The notes beneath the pieces were generated by a model, which had not been told where the DNA came from, made no database searches, and saw only the letters and a list, made by a program, of their open reading frames with translations. A stretch of DNA of 64,000 nucleotides from Candidatus Sungiibacteriota bacterium (GTDB taxonomy: Bacteria; Patescibacteriota; Minisyncoccia; Sungbacterales; JACQCQ01). The stretch covers positions 80,830 to 144,829 of the forward strand of contig JACQCQ010000013.1 in the NCBI GenBank assembly GCA_016201505.1. Direction: 5' to 3'. Positions within the stretch are counted from its first letter, which is position 1. Each line of letters starts with the position of its first letter. Shown here one piece after another: positions 44,484 to 54,067 of this stretch. The position numbers and the translations under genes are program-made.

Positions 44484-45470
44484 ATGGCCCAACTTCAGGC
44501 ACTATTACGTCCCTTGCTCGCAATTGCGGTCCTCTTCATCATCCTGATTTTAATCGTCGGGCTGATTGGCAAGATGTTTTCCGGCATTCATTTTGGTTCG
44601 CTGCTTTCTGCCATATCAATTTCGCGCGAGAAAATTAGCGTGGCCGCCGCTCCGGCTGTCGTTGCCTCCGGCGAGAAAACCGCCATCTCTTGGAACCATG
44701 AGCATAAAAGCGCTAACGGATTATATGAGCTTGTCTATCCCTGCCGAGAGAATCTAATAATAAAAACTGAATCAGGCGAGACAATCTCCTGCAACTCAAG
44801 TTATCCCCTGGGCTCATCAAACTCGATTATCATTATTCCCACTCTCGAAGGCAGCGATACGGCCAACATTCCCGTCTCTATCAGCTTTACGCCAAACGGC
44901 GCGGATCGCGTCGCTCTTTCCGGTTCAGTCCAATTGACCATTAACCCAGCATCGGGTGCATCGACCAGCAAAGCCAGCACGTCAACTAAAGGGTCAAGTG
45001 AGAGCACAAAACCCGGTAATAAAAAAATGAATACCTACCCCATACCTGGAGGCCAATCAACGCCGCCTTTGGCGAATCAGAACGGCTATCCTGATTTGGC
45101 TATCGAGCTTATCGCTGCGGGCTCACTTGCGACAACCAGCGGGACCGAGACGCTGATACCAAAATCTACGCTTCTCCCAGGCGAGCAGGCGGGAGTTCGG
45201 TTTATTATAAAAAATATCGGCAGCGGACCATCCGGCCCCTGGATTTTTAACGCCAATCTCCCAATCAATTCGAGCGGCAGTTTCTTTATCTCGGATTCAC
45301 AAGCTTCGCTAAACCCCGGCGAGAGTGTCGTGTTTACCATGGGCTTTAATAACCTGAAAAATTCCGGCGCTAACGTCGCAACCTTCACCGTTGATCCAAA
45401 CGCCTATATCTCGCGTGACCTCAATCGAGCCAATAACTCGTTCTCGGTCACCATCAATCGAGGATACTAA
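44484..45470 (+). CDS. Membrane-anchored surface protein with a C-terminal CARDB-like domain.
   Basis: N-terminal TM helix. Ser/Thr-rich linker. C-terminal PDLAIELIAAG...VRFIIKNIGSG...ESVVFTMGFN...ATFTVDPN pattern typical of CARDB beta-sandwich domains. Confidence 0.55.
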   Translation: MAQLQALLRPLLAIAVLFIILILIVGLIGKMFSGIHFGSLLSAISISREKISVAAAPAVVASGEKTAISWNHEHKSANGLYELVYPCRENLIIKTESGETISCNSSYPLGSSNSIIIIPTLEGSDTANIPVSISFTPNGADRVALSGSVQLTINPASGASTSKASTSTKGSSESTKPGNKKMNTYPIPGGQSTPPLANQNGYPDLAIELIAAGSLATTSGTETLIPKSTLLPGEQAGVRFIIKNIGSGPSGPWIFNANLPINSSGSFFISDSQASLNPGESVVFTMGFNNLKNSGANVATFTVDPNAYISRDLNRANNSFSVTINRGY

Positions 45471-45505
45471 AACTTGAATTAAGAATTAGGAATAAAGAAT
45501 TAGAC

Positions 45506-45541
45506 GAAAACCAAAAATCGGCCGCGGCCGATTTTTGGTTT
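45506..45541. terminator. Bidirectional terminator between the convergent CARDB gene and rnc.
   Basis: CCAAAAATCGGCCGCGGCCGATTTTTGG hairpin with flanking A/T runs. Confidence 0.65.
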
Positions 45542-46253
45542 AGCCCCAACTCTTAACTTGCAGACCCAAACGCGCGGCTTCTTCTTGGGCAATTTGTTTA
45601 GATGGCCCCTCGCCTTCGGCTACCAATTCCCTCCCCAAATAAATGCCGACCACAAAATGCTTGTCGTGATCCGGCCCCCATTCTCGAATGACTTCATAGG
45701 TTGGCGTGATCCCGACGCGCTCTTGTGCTTCTTCTTGAAACAATGATTTGGGATCTTGATACAGCCGTTTTTCCAAAACCATCTCGAGTTTCGGCATCAC
45801 GCTACCCATAATAAATTTTTTGGCCATGGCGTATCCCTGGTCTAAGTAAATGGCACCGGTTAAGGCCTCGAAGGTATTGGCCAAAATGTACTGCCTGGCG
45901 CGGCCGACGTCTTTGGCTTCGCCTCGCGAAAGCAAAAGAAATTCATTAAAACTTATACCCAGCGCCACATCTGAAAGCATTTTTGAATTAACCAGTGCCG
46001 CACGGAGGGTGGTTAACTCCCCCTCGGGCCTGGCCGGGAACATGGCATATAACTCCTCGGTTACGACAAGCTCCAGCACCGCATCTCCCAAAAACTCGAG
46101 CCGCTCATTGTGGCCCATGCCGAGATTGGGATTTTCGTTTAAATAGGAACGATGCAAAAATGCCTGACGCAACAGGTCCTTGTTTTGGAACGTTACATTG
46201 ATTTTTTCCTCCAACTTTCTAAAATCGGACATGTCCTCGGAAGCACGAATCAA
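45540..46253 (-). CDS. rnc: Ribonuclease III.
   Basis: RNase III signature ERLEFLGDAVL plus a dsRBD C-terminus. Confidence 0.9.
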   Translation of the reverse strand: MIRASEDMSDFRKLEEKINVTFQNKDLLRQAFLHRSYLNENPNLGMGHNERLEFLGDAVLELVVTEELYAMFPARPEGELTTLRAALVNSKMLSDVALGISFNEFLLLSRGEAKDVGRARQYILANTFEALTGAIYLDQGYAMAKKFIMGSVMPKLEMVLEKRLYQDPKSLFQEEAQERVGITPTYEVIREWGPDHDKHFVVGIYLGRELVAEGEGPSKQIAQEEAARLGLQVKSWG

Positions 46254-46344
46254 GAATCACGCTCGCCTGATTCCTAATTCCTGCCTGCTCCGTACCGAAC
46301 TGGTTCTGGTGCGGGGATTTTTAATTCTGCTGTTAATGGTTGGC

Positions 46345-46836
46345 TTATTTCTTGTCACTGGTCTCCTGTTTTTCTGCCTCTTTTTTCTCATGCCGCGATG
46401 GATGTTCCTTGCCCGGTTCACCGATTTCGCGATAGACCGTTCCTAAAACGCCGTTCACGAACCGAAATGATGAGTCGCTGCCGAATGATTTTGCCAGTTC
46501 AATCGCCTCATTGATCGCGACCTTCGGCGGTACTTCTTCTCGATTACCGAACAACAATTCATAGAGCCCCAACCGCAATAAATTTCGGTCAATCGTCGCG
46601 ATCATCTCAATCGGCCACTCGGGAGCGGCGCGTTCGATGATGGTATCAATCTGCGGCAGGTGGTCTTTTACGCCGTTGACCAGCCGCCAGATGAAATCCG
46701 TTTCTTCGAGTCCCGGCCCGAACTCCTCGATGTTCCGCTTCGTAATCACATCCAAATCCTCGGGGTTCTTCCCACGAAAGTCCCATTCGAATATGGATTG
46801 CATGGCAATACTTCTTGAAAGGTGCCGATTAGCCAT
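46345..46836 (-). CDS. nusB: Transcription antitermination factor NusB.
   Basis: AMQSIFEWDFR, IDRNLLRLGLYELLF, AINEAIELAKSFG, FVNGVLG: the conserved NusB helices. Confidence 0.85.
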   Translation of the reverse strand: MANRHLSRSIAMQSIFEWDFRGKNPEDLDVITKRNIEEFGPGLEETDFIWRLVNGVKDHLPQIDTIIERAAPEWPIEMIATIDRNLLRLGLYELLFGNREEVPPKVAINEAIELAKSFGSDSSFRFVNGVLGTVYREIGEPGKEHPSRHEKKEAEKQETSDKK

Positions 46837-46847
46837 AAAGGTACAAA

Positions 46848-46975
46848 TCCGAAATCCTAAATTCGAAATCCTAAACAAATTCTAATCCTCAAAAAACAAA
46901 ATTTCAAACGTTTCGAATTTTGAACTTTATAATTTGTCCCGAATTTAGGGTTTCGTATTTAGAGTTTGCTTAGCG
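46848..46975. repeat. AT-rich intergenic hairpin element (family shared with 56452, 58906, 59433) between nusB and rpmF.
   Basis: AAATCCGAAATCCTAAATTCGAAATCCTAAACAAATTC...GAATTTAGGGTTTCGTATTTAGAGTTTG, with inverted-repeat arms built from the CGAAAT / ATTTCG and CTAAA / TTTAG units. Confidence 0.5.
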
Positions 46976-47254
46976 ATGCGAGAGCTCCTCGGCGTTCAAT
47001 GTTTTGCTCTGTGCGGAGCTTTCCTTCTCGTGTTGCTGTAACTCTTTTTCTTTCTTTCTGCGTTCTTTCTTGTCGAGTCTCGCCAAGACATCAATCACCT
47101 GCTTGCCTTTGTAATAGCCGCAATTGGCGCAAATCGTGTGCGGATAGACTTCCGTCTGGCAGTGCGAGCATTTTGCGAGCGCGCGAAGCTTCAAGGCGTG
47201 ATGCGATCTCACGCGGTTCCTCTTGCCTCTCGTATGCCGCATTCGGATGACCAT
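46970..47254 (-). CDS. rpmF: 50S ribosomal protein L32 with a C-terminal Lys/Glu-rich extension.
   Basis: MRHTRGKRNRVRSHHAL and zinc-ribbon CSHCQ...CANCGYYKGK. Confidence 0.85.
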   Translation of the reverse strand: MVIRMRHTRGKRNRVRSHHALKLRALAKCSHCQTEVYPHTICANCGYYKGKQVIDVLARLDKKERRKKEKELQQHEKESSAQSKTLNAEELSHR

Positions 47255-47397
47255 TACAGTAGACTACTGTCTACTGTCCACCGACTACAGCCGGAGCGGT
47301 AGTCAGTAGTCTGTAGTCAGTATGCTTTTAATACCGAGATAGGATAACAAAATACGACTATTTTGACAACACTCACGACATGTTTTAAGGAAGAAGC

Positions 47398-47490
47398 GAC
47401 AACTATGAAGCTCCACGGCCGTGAGGCCGTGACATCTCGCAATTCGCCTTCAGGCGAACTCTTGCGAGATCGGCGGAATCCGCCAAAGCA
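47398..47490. ncRNA. Candidate structured RNA / conserved element, copy 2 of 2 (the other at 20216-20320), upstream of rpmF.
   Basis: Shares AAGCTCCACGGCCG..GCCGTG.CATCTCGC..TTCGCC....GGCGAACTCTTG.GAGATCGGCGGAATC with 20216-20320. Three stems are preserved with different loops and one G-U-compatible change on the plus strand. Confidence 0.35.
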
Positions 47491-47629
47491 TCCATTCCTT
47501 AACTCGGCTTAGGGTTATCCGTTGTAATCGCATTCAACCTCAGGCTAACGCCCGATGTCTTCTGCGACGGCGGATAAAAATACGGGGGAACGTCGCCGTT
47601 CCCCCACTCACCACGGATGCGGACTTCCG

Positions 47630-47872
47630 CTAATTGCGCCGATACCGGCGATCCCATTCTGCCTTCAACTTCCTCTCGGCCGAAAGATCCAGGATCACCG
47701 ACCGAAGCTCGGGAATCAGGACGACCTTCTGCTCGGCCTTTGGGGCCTTCGGCCCATCAGCCGACTTCGCAACATCATCGGGCTTCGATTTTTGCGGCGA
47801 GAAGTCGAAGTGCCGGAACTTCAGATCGCGTCCTAACTCCTCCAGACCGAAGGACCCCCGGAGTTCGTCCAT
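47630..47872 (-). CDS. Hypothetical small protein (80 aa) in a high-GC stretch with several overlapping ORFs in other frames. It may be spurious.
   Basis: ORF only. Charged, protein-like composition. Confidence 0.2.
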   Translation of the reverse strand: MDELRGSFGLEELGRDLKFRHFDFSPQKSKPDDVAKSADGPKAPKAEQKVVLIPELRSVILDLSAERKLKAEWDRRYRRN

Positions 47873-48059
47873 GGCATCCTCCTATGGCTTCGGATACCTT
47901 TATCATAACGGGTCTTTTATAAAAACCAAATAAAAAAACCTAAACGCGGTACAATCAGAAAGGCTCAAGCGACGGCGGCTTTGACTGAACATCCTACCTG
48001 TTTCGATAAAATAAAAAGCTCTGTAAGAGCTACCCGAGAAAGCCCCACTCTCCAGACAT

Positions 48060-48145
48060 CGAAAGTGATTTCTTATCGTCGGGCTGGCGGTGGGATCATT
48101 GCCGTTTGAAGGGTATTCAAAATAAAGGTGCGCTAAGAAATCACT
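48060..48145 (-). ncRNA. Conserved about 85-nt element immediately downstream of the mreB stop (copy 1 of 2; the other at 55048-55125 downstream of rpsI).
   Basis: Core TCGGGCTGGCGGTGGGATCATT..CG...GAAGGG.AT..AAA.TAAAGG.GCG conserved. It is enclosed by a different but self-complementary outer stem in each copy (GTGATTTCTTA/TAAGAAATCAC here, GGAAATTTTTCTTC/GAAGAAAAATTTCC in copy 2). Confidence 0.35.
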
Positions 48146-48156
48146 TCCAATGTGCG

Positions 48157-49167
48157 CTACCTCTTCGACATAATCGAGCGCTTGTAGATATCAAGATGCT
48201 CAAGCGCAATCCCCGTACCTTTGGCAACACAGAGCAACGCATCTTCGGCCAAGTGCGCCGGAATGCCGATTTCGCGCTCGATTAACACGTCTAAATTGCG
48301 AAGCAGCGAACCCCCGCCGGTCATCACAATACCGCGATCCATAATATCGGCTGATAATTCGGGAGGCGTCTCATGAAGGACCGTCTTGATGGCCCGCAAA
48401 ATCTCTGCCAGAGCCTCTTCTAAGGCTTGGGTGATGGCCGAAGATGAAATTTTAATCGTCCGCGGGAGGCCCGAGAGCAAATCGCGGCCTTTTACTTCCA
48501 TTGCCTCATCTTCAGTGATCTCAACCGCGCTGCCAATGGCAATTTTAACTTCCTCGGCGGTGCGATCCCCAATCGCTAAATTGAAATTTCGTTTAATATA
48601 TTCGGCGATGGCCTGATCTAATTTATTGCCCGCAACTTTAACTGATGTCGAAGCCACAATCCCGCCCAGCGAAATCACCGCGACATCAGTCGTCCCGCCG
48701 CCAATATCGATGACCATGTGGCCAGCGGCTTCATTAATGGGGATACCGGCTCCAATAGCGGCCAGCACCGGTTCTTTTACGACATAGGCGGCTTTGGCAC
48801 CCGCATGCACGGTAGCTTCAATCACGGCGCGCCGTTCAGTTGACGTGACACCGGCAGGAACTGAGACCATGACTTCGGGCCGTATAAAGCGAAACCAATT
48901 GCCGGCATTTGAAATAAAATATTTGAGCATGGCTTCGGTGACGCGATAGTCAGCAATGACGCCGTCCCGCAAAGGACGATAGGCCATGATGCTCTCTGGG
49001 GTTCGGCCGATCATGTCCCGTGCTGCATTGCCAACTGCGAGTATCCGGTTATCATCCACAGAAACTGCAACCACCGATGGCTCATTAATAATGACACCAC
49101 GCCCAGGCACAAAAACGAGCGTATTGGCGGTGCCTAAATCTATGCCGATTTTTTGCGAGAAAAACAT
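48157..49167 (-). CDS. mreB: Rod-shape-determining actin homologue MreB.
   Basis: IGIDLGTANTLV, DIGGGTTDVAVIS, and full-length MreB similarity. Confidence 0.9.
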   Translation of the reverse strand: MFFSQKIGIDLGTANTLVFVPGRGVIINEPSVVAVSVDDNRILAVGNAARDMIGRTPESIMAYRPLRDGVIADYRVTEAMLKYFISNAGNWFRFIRPEVMVSVPAGVTSTERRAVIEATVHAGAKAAYVVKEPVLAAIGAGIPINEAAGHMVIDIGGGTTDVAVISLGGIVASTSVKVAGNKLDQAIAEYIKRNFNLAIGDRTAEEVKIAIGSAVEITEDEAMEVKGRDLLSGLPRTIKISSSAITQALEEALAEILRAIKTVLHETPPELSADIMDRGIVMTGGGSLLRNLDVLIEREIGIPAHLAEDALLCVAKGTGIALEHLDIYKRSIMSKR

Positions 49168-49259
49168 GAGCGTTCCCATTTTACGCGCATTTAAAAGGCC
49201 GAGGCAAGGGGCTATCGAAACGCGCGCGCCTTGCGATATTAGACTGCAGTTTTAGACGC

Positions 49260-50735
49260 TTGGCAATTGTACGGCTTTTAGCTAGAGTTCTCGATATGAG
49301 GAAAACAACCCGTCGAGCCGTTTTTTATTTGTTTAGCGGGCTTTTTTTGATCACAACACCTTTGATCGTATTCTATGCCTTCGGTTATTCATTTGATTTC
49401 CAAAACGGTGTCGTGGTGCCTACCGGTGGCGTATTTGTGAAAGCCAACGTTGGCGCGATTCGCGTTTTGGCGAATGGAAAGCTCATGAAAGAAACAAATT
49501 TTTTAACTAAGGGCGCATTGATATCCGGCCTCTCGTCGGGCCATGTCGAAGTAGAGGTAGCGAAAGACGGATACATTCCTTGGAGAAAACCAGTCGGTAT
49601 CGAAGAGCAAGTTATTCAAGAATACCGCTCGATTCTTCTTGTACCCGAGGCCTTGCCGGCTGATCTCGTATACGGTACTACGAGCCAGGCGTCTTCAAGA
49701 CAGACTGTTTCTCTCGAGCTTTTGCCCGATCCAACGGGGAATTTCATTTTTTGGGCCGCAAAAAAAAGAAACTTAACCCGGCTACGCGTGATCAGTCGCG
49801 ATGGGGTTGAAACGCGGGCTCAAATCTCCCTGGAACCAGGCGAATCGTATCTTTCTGCCTCTTGGAATCCCAGCGGTAACGTAGTACTCGTTTCAACCAA
49901 CCGGCGTGGGCATACGATCTGGCGCGCTTTATCGGCTAATTCAAAATCCGTCCTACCGGTGTTTGATGAAAAAACTATTTTGCGTACGAGCACCTCAACC
50001 AGATCGGAAACCATCTCTGAAGCCTCGCTTAGCTTGATCACCTGGTCGCCGGCTGATATTGATGAATTTCTTGTGCTGGCAAACGGCGCGATTTACCGCT
50101 GGAATTTAAGCTCCGGGCTAGTCAAAAAAATTATTTCGAGTGCCAGATCGTTTGCCCGATTTAATGGAAATATCCTCTATTCAACTCAAAGCGGATTTAT
50201 TGCCACTGCCGATCTATCCGGCGAACATATAGAATCGCTGGATCATCCGGGTCTTTACGTTGCAAAAAGTCCGCTCCGCTATTTTCAAAATAAAGACGGC
50301 GTTTTGGCTTTGATCGACTCTGCCGGGGGACTTTATCTAGAAAACCCGAGCACAAGAAAATTCTCCCCCCTGACAACCGAGATCCATGAAGCTGAATTTT
50401 CCTCCAACACCGCCGAACTTGGCTACACCCAATCCGGCACATTCTCAACCATTGCTCTCGCTGATGAGACAACCCAGCCGTTCCGCAGAATGTACACCAA
50501 GTCGGCCATATTCACGACTGACGAAATTCTCCATTTTATATGGCTCGGCAATCCAGCAGCTCATATTGTCTATACGACCGCGCGGGGCGTATTTCTGGCG
50601 GAAACCGATCCGCGTCCGGGCGCAAATATCGTGCCGCTCCGCCGCGGAGACTACCAGATTGTCGAATCTCCCAACGACCCAAACAGTTTTTATTTCTCGG
50701 ACGGAGAAATTATTGAACGACTGACGATACGATAA
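49260..50735 (+). CDS. Membrane-anchored hypothetical protein with a PEGA-like domain and a beta-propeller-like C-terminal region.
   Basis: N-terminal TM helix. SGHVEVEVAKDGYIPWRKPV PEGA-like motif. Repetitive beta-rich C-terminus. Confidence 0.5.
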   Translation: MAIVRLLARVLDMRKTTRRAVFYLFSGLFLITTPLIVFYAFGYSFDFQNGVVVPTGGVFVKANVGAIRVLANGKLMKETNFLTKGALISGLSSGHVEVEVAKDGYIPWRKPVGIEEQVIQEYRSILLVPEALPADLVYGTTSQASSRQTVSLELLPDPTGNFIFWAAKKRNLTRLRVISRDGVETRAQISLEPGESYLSASWNPSGNVVLVSTNRRGHTIWRALSANSKSVLPVFDEKTILRTSTSTRSETISEASLSLITWSPADIDEFLVLANGAIYRWNLSSGLVKKIISSARSFARFNGNILYSTQSGFIATADLSGEHIESLDHPGLYVAKSPLRYFQNKDGVLALIDSAGGLYLENPSTRKFSPLTTEIHEAEFSSNTAELGYTQSGTFSTIALADETTQPFRRMYTKSAIFTTDEILHFIWLGNPAAHIVYTTARGVFLAETDPRPGANIVPLRRGDYQIVESPNDPNSFYFSDGEIIERLTIR

Positions 50736-50763
50736 GGTCATCCGATAACATGAAAAGTCCTAA

Positions 50764-50808
50764 AAAACATTCTCAAGTTCTTAAGAACTTGAGAATGTTT
50801 TTTAGGTT
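50764..50808. terminator. Bidirectional rho-independent terminator: 30-bp perfect palindrome flanked by A6 and T6.
   Basis: AAAAAACATTCTCAAGTTCTTAAGAACTTGAGAATGTTTTTT between convergent genes. Confidence 0.7.
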
Positions 50809-50822
50809 TCGTCTCCAGATGA

Positions 50823-51776
50823 CTACGGAAAGAATCTGCGATAGGGAGCCGAAATGATAGAACCGAATGTGGCGAGAAAGACCACCGCGACAACGAGCCA
50901 GCCGATAAAAGGAATAATTTTAAGAATTTGATAGAGCAGGACACCGATGACGATGGTTTGCCAGGAGATGTGACTCTCGCCTTTTTTATACCACAAAGAG
51001 ACATACCGGCCGAGTAAAATCGCCGCCACCGCCGATGAGACCACGATAGTTACGATATAAAGCAGAAGCCCGATCACGCCAATTGGTATGCCGATAATGG
51101 TGACAAAGGCAACGACAACCAGAATTGGAATACCAATCAAGCCAAGAAGTCCGCGAAGAATTTCTTTGCCAAAATTCGTCTCGGCCGCATGCACCACCTG
51201 CGATACCCAGGGGCCAAAGAAGTACCAAACAAGAAAGGCTAAAACAATGCCCATCAACGTTTTCATCACCCACCAAAAGCCAATAACGCCGAGGAGTCCC
51301 CCCGCGTGATTCTCGCCCGGTTTACGCGTATATTGTTTTACTGTTCCATGAACGACGCCCTGATTTTGAATATCACCGCCCGCCAGCAATAAATCCCCGC
51401 CGATGACAGCCCCCGGCAAAATTTTTACTCTCCCACCGGCCGCCAAAACATCGCCTTTCACTTGGCCCGCAATCGTCACCTCACCGCCCGCCACCCGCAG
51501 GCTATCGCCGACATTGCCCGAAATATTAATCGTCCCGCCGGCCAGCATGGCGCTTTTAGCGACATTCCCATTTACATTTACATTCCCGCCGGCCGCCGTC
51601 AGATCGCCGTTTATGTTGCCTTCAATGTTCAATGTCCCGCCGGCAATATAGAGATTGCTGTTGACTGATGCGCCTTTAGGCAGTAAATACTGATCGCCCG
51701 AATAAAATTCAGCGGCGAGCGAGACAAGCGGCACCAAAAGACCGAGGGCCGAAATGAGAATTAAGAGTTTTTTCAT
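50823..51776 (-). CDS. Bactofilin-like beta-helix repeat domain fused to a C-terminal multi-TM domain, adjacent to mreB.
   Basis: Signal/TM N-terminus. Repeats AGGTLNIEGNINGDLTAAGGNVNVNGNVAKSAMLAGGTINISGNVGDSLRVAGGEVTIAGQVKGDVLAAGGRVKI match the bactofilin (DUF583) pattern. Then about 5 TM helices. Confidence 0.55.
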   Translation of the reverse strand: MKKLLILISALGLLVPLVSLAAEFYSGDQYLLPKGASVNSNLYIAGGTLNIEGNINGDLTAAGGNVNVNGNVAKSAMLAGGTINISGNVGDSLRVAGGEVTIAGQVKGDVLAAGGRVKILPGAVIGGDLLLAGGDIQNQGVVHGTVKQYTRKPGENHAGGLLGVIGFWWVMKTLMGIVLAFLVWYFFGPWVSQVVHAAETNFGKEILRGLLGLIGIPILVVVAFVTIIGIPIGVIGLLLYIVTIVVSSAVAAILLGRYVSLWYKKGESHISWQTIVIGVLLYQILKIIPFIGWLVVAVVFLATFGSIISAPYRRFFP

Positions 51777-51850
51777 ATCAATTTCAACATACCATTTCTT
51801 TACCTTTCGTCCCACTTTGGGTGATAAATAATCCTGGTTTGATTTGCCGA

Positions 51851-52699
51851 TCAAAAACTACGCGCGGGCTGCTGGATTTGGGATTCTGCCCTAAACGCCC
51901 GATGAGCGCTTACCGAAGAATTTATTTGTTCGGGTCTCGCCTGCTTGATAATGACAGCCTGTCCTGTCGGGAGCCGAATGACTGGTTCATGATACCTGCG
52001 GCTGAACTCTTCAACGGCTTTATAGGCCCCGGGCCAGGACATAAATCCATAATCATCACAGACCATTACTCCGCCCGCTACGAGGCGAGGGTAGAAGTAT
52101 GCGAAAGCCGCCAGGGTGGGTTGGTAGAGATCCAAATCGACATGCACAAACAGATACTGCCTCTCGGGGACGTGCGCAAAGCTATCCGGTATCCAACCTT
52201 TATGGTACTCAATAAAATCGAAATCCTTCAGACTTTCTCGGACATCCTCTAGCGAATAGGCCATGCGGCCGCCGTCACTGCCGATTTTACTTGCGGGTAA
52301 TGATTTTTCGATGTCAAACTCGCTCGTAACATCTTCTTTCGTTCTAGCAGAGAGTCCTTGGAAGGAGTCGAACGCGTATATCTTATGCCTCCCGCCTTTT
52401 AGCACCGAACATAATTGAAATAGGGTAGTACCTCTGGCAATTCCCGCCTCCACAAAGTTCTGTTCCGGGTAGTTATGAAACCTCTGGCTGACATACGATG
52501 CGAGTTGAATCAAAGTATAGTTACGCACTTTGCTGGGGAAAAAATCTCCCTTATGAGTGGCTTTCAACGAATCTTGATATATCTCGTGGAACTTCTGGTC
52601 GTTTAACCAAAGATACCGCGGCTGATTGTTGAGACTCTGGGCGAGACGCATGACTTCATAGCCAAAATAGTTCGCAATTCGCCTGATTATTTTTCTCAT
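51851..52699 (-). CDS. TylF/MycF-family class I SAM-dependent O-methyltransferase.
   Basis: VEAGIARGTTL, IYAFDSFQGL, HVDLDLYQPT, GGVMVCDDYG: the macrocin-O-methyltransferase family pattern. Confidence 0.7.
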   Translation of the reverse strand: MRKIIRRIANYFGYEVMRLAQSLNNQPRYLWLNDQKFHEIYQDSLKATHKGDFFPSKVRNYTLIQLASYVSQRFHNYPEQNFVEAGIARGTTLFQLCSVLKGGRHKIYAFDSFQGLSARTKEDVTSEFDIEKSLPASKIGSDGGRMAYSLEDVRESLKDFDFIEYHKGWIPDSFAHVPERQYLFVHVDLDLYQPTLAAFAYFYPRLVAGGVMVCDDYGFMSWPGAYKAVEEFSRRYHEPVIRLPTGQAVIIKQARPEQINSSVSAHRAFRAESQIQQPARSF

Positions 52700-52726
52700 A
52701 ATGTTTTAAGACCATTATGAGCTGGC

Positions 52727-54067
52727 TCAGTTATTATCAAAATTTGACGCGGGGAAGTTCTCTCCATGATCCATCTCATCTTGAGACTGGGCCGAAGATC
52801 CCCCGCTCGATGTATTAAGCTGCTCGGCGGGAGACGTCAGTGGAACGAGACCCGTTGCCTGAACGCAGGCTATGATTTTCCCCTTCATGTCGGCTGTTGG
52901 TTGGAACGCGCCCTTGGCGTATTGATTGACAGCATCCGCGCCAAAAAGCTTAGAGATGCAGGCGAGTGGATTAAAATCAATTTTTTGCGGCATCATGCCA
53001 TGAGAACTCTCAGACCCTCCATACATATTTTTATTCTTTTCGGCCGATACTTTTTGAAAACAATCGCCGACTTTATGCCCCAGCTCGGAGTCTTTCATAA
53101 CCTGACCTGTTTCTACTTCACCCAGTTCATCCGGGGAGAGCGAATCCTTAAGGCAAGCCATTACATCGGACGGCAATTGAAACTTGGAAGAACCGCCTCG
53201 GCCCATGGGGCTCTCATGCATCATGTTGTGTTGTTCTTTTGAAAAATTCGCGCAGGTCGCCTTGTTTTCCGGCTGACTGCAAAATTGATGACATGACTCT
53301 GGCGAGTCGCATCCCCCCGGCCCCTTCATGTCTTCACTCCTAAAGTTCTTCTCCTCTTCATCCGTGATGAGTCCGGCTTTTTTGGCAAACTGGATGCATT
53401 CATCTTGATGCGCGGGGTCCTGGCAGTATGGCATGCACTCCTCTTTTGACTTGCAGCCGCCTGGAGTTTCGCCCGTCTTTATCAATTCAATAAACTTCTT
53501 GGCGCGCTGAATCTCGCTTGCATCCATTAAGCCATTCTGTTCGGCAAATGAGAGACACGCGTCCGCATGTGCCGGATCGTTGCAATACGCGCGGCAGGCG
53601 GTCTCCCCCCGGCAGCCGCCCGGCCCAATTCTTTGCGCGTCGAGTTTTGATTTGAACTTTTCAATTTTCTGAATTTCGTCCTGGCCGATTAGATTGTGCG
53701 CTTTCGCAAACGCCAAACACTCATCGCGATGTCCGGCATCAGAACAATATGCCCCGCAGGCTGATTTTGAAGTGCACCCGCCAGGTCCGCCATTTTTTAT
53801 CGCTTCCTCGATCTTCGACTGATTATCGGTTCTTCTGGGTGCGAGTCCATGAGACTCGGCATAACTTTGGCAGGCTTCGGCATTAGCCGCGACGTCGCAA
53901 AACGCTTTGCATTCGGCCATCGAGCCGCAATTGCCCAATTCGGCAATCGGAAACTTTATATCAAACGGATTAGCCGATAAGGCAAAATGCGAAAACAAAA
54001 CAGCTCCGATAATGATGAGGCATGTAAGCAGCGCCGGATGGCGGAAAGAAGTCATATTACTTTCCAA
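52727..54067 (-). CDS. Secreted Cys-rich tandem-repeat protein: five about 45-aa repeats, each GPGGC-x5-C-x3-C-x6-C with His/Asp-rich spacing.
   Basis: Signal peptide. The five repeats are:
- [34 protein letters not shown]
- [33 protein letters not shown]
- [32 protein letters not shown]
- [27 protein letters not shown]
- plus an N-terminal copy. Confidence 0.6.

Noticed and set aside
50771-50800. 30-bp perfect palindrome CATTCTCAAGTTCTTAAGAACTTGAGAATG, with degenerate half-copies at 54402-54422 and 54968-54985. It was considered as a fourth operator family.
   Set aside because: It is flanked by an A6 and T6 run and sits between convergent genes, the classic geometry of a bidirectional rho-independent terminator. 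The other copies are partial and also sit at gene ends.
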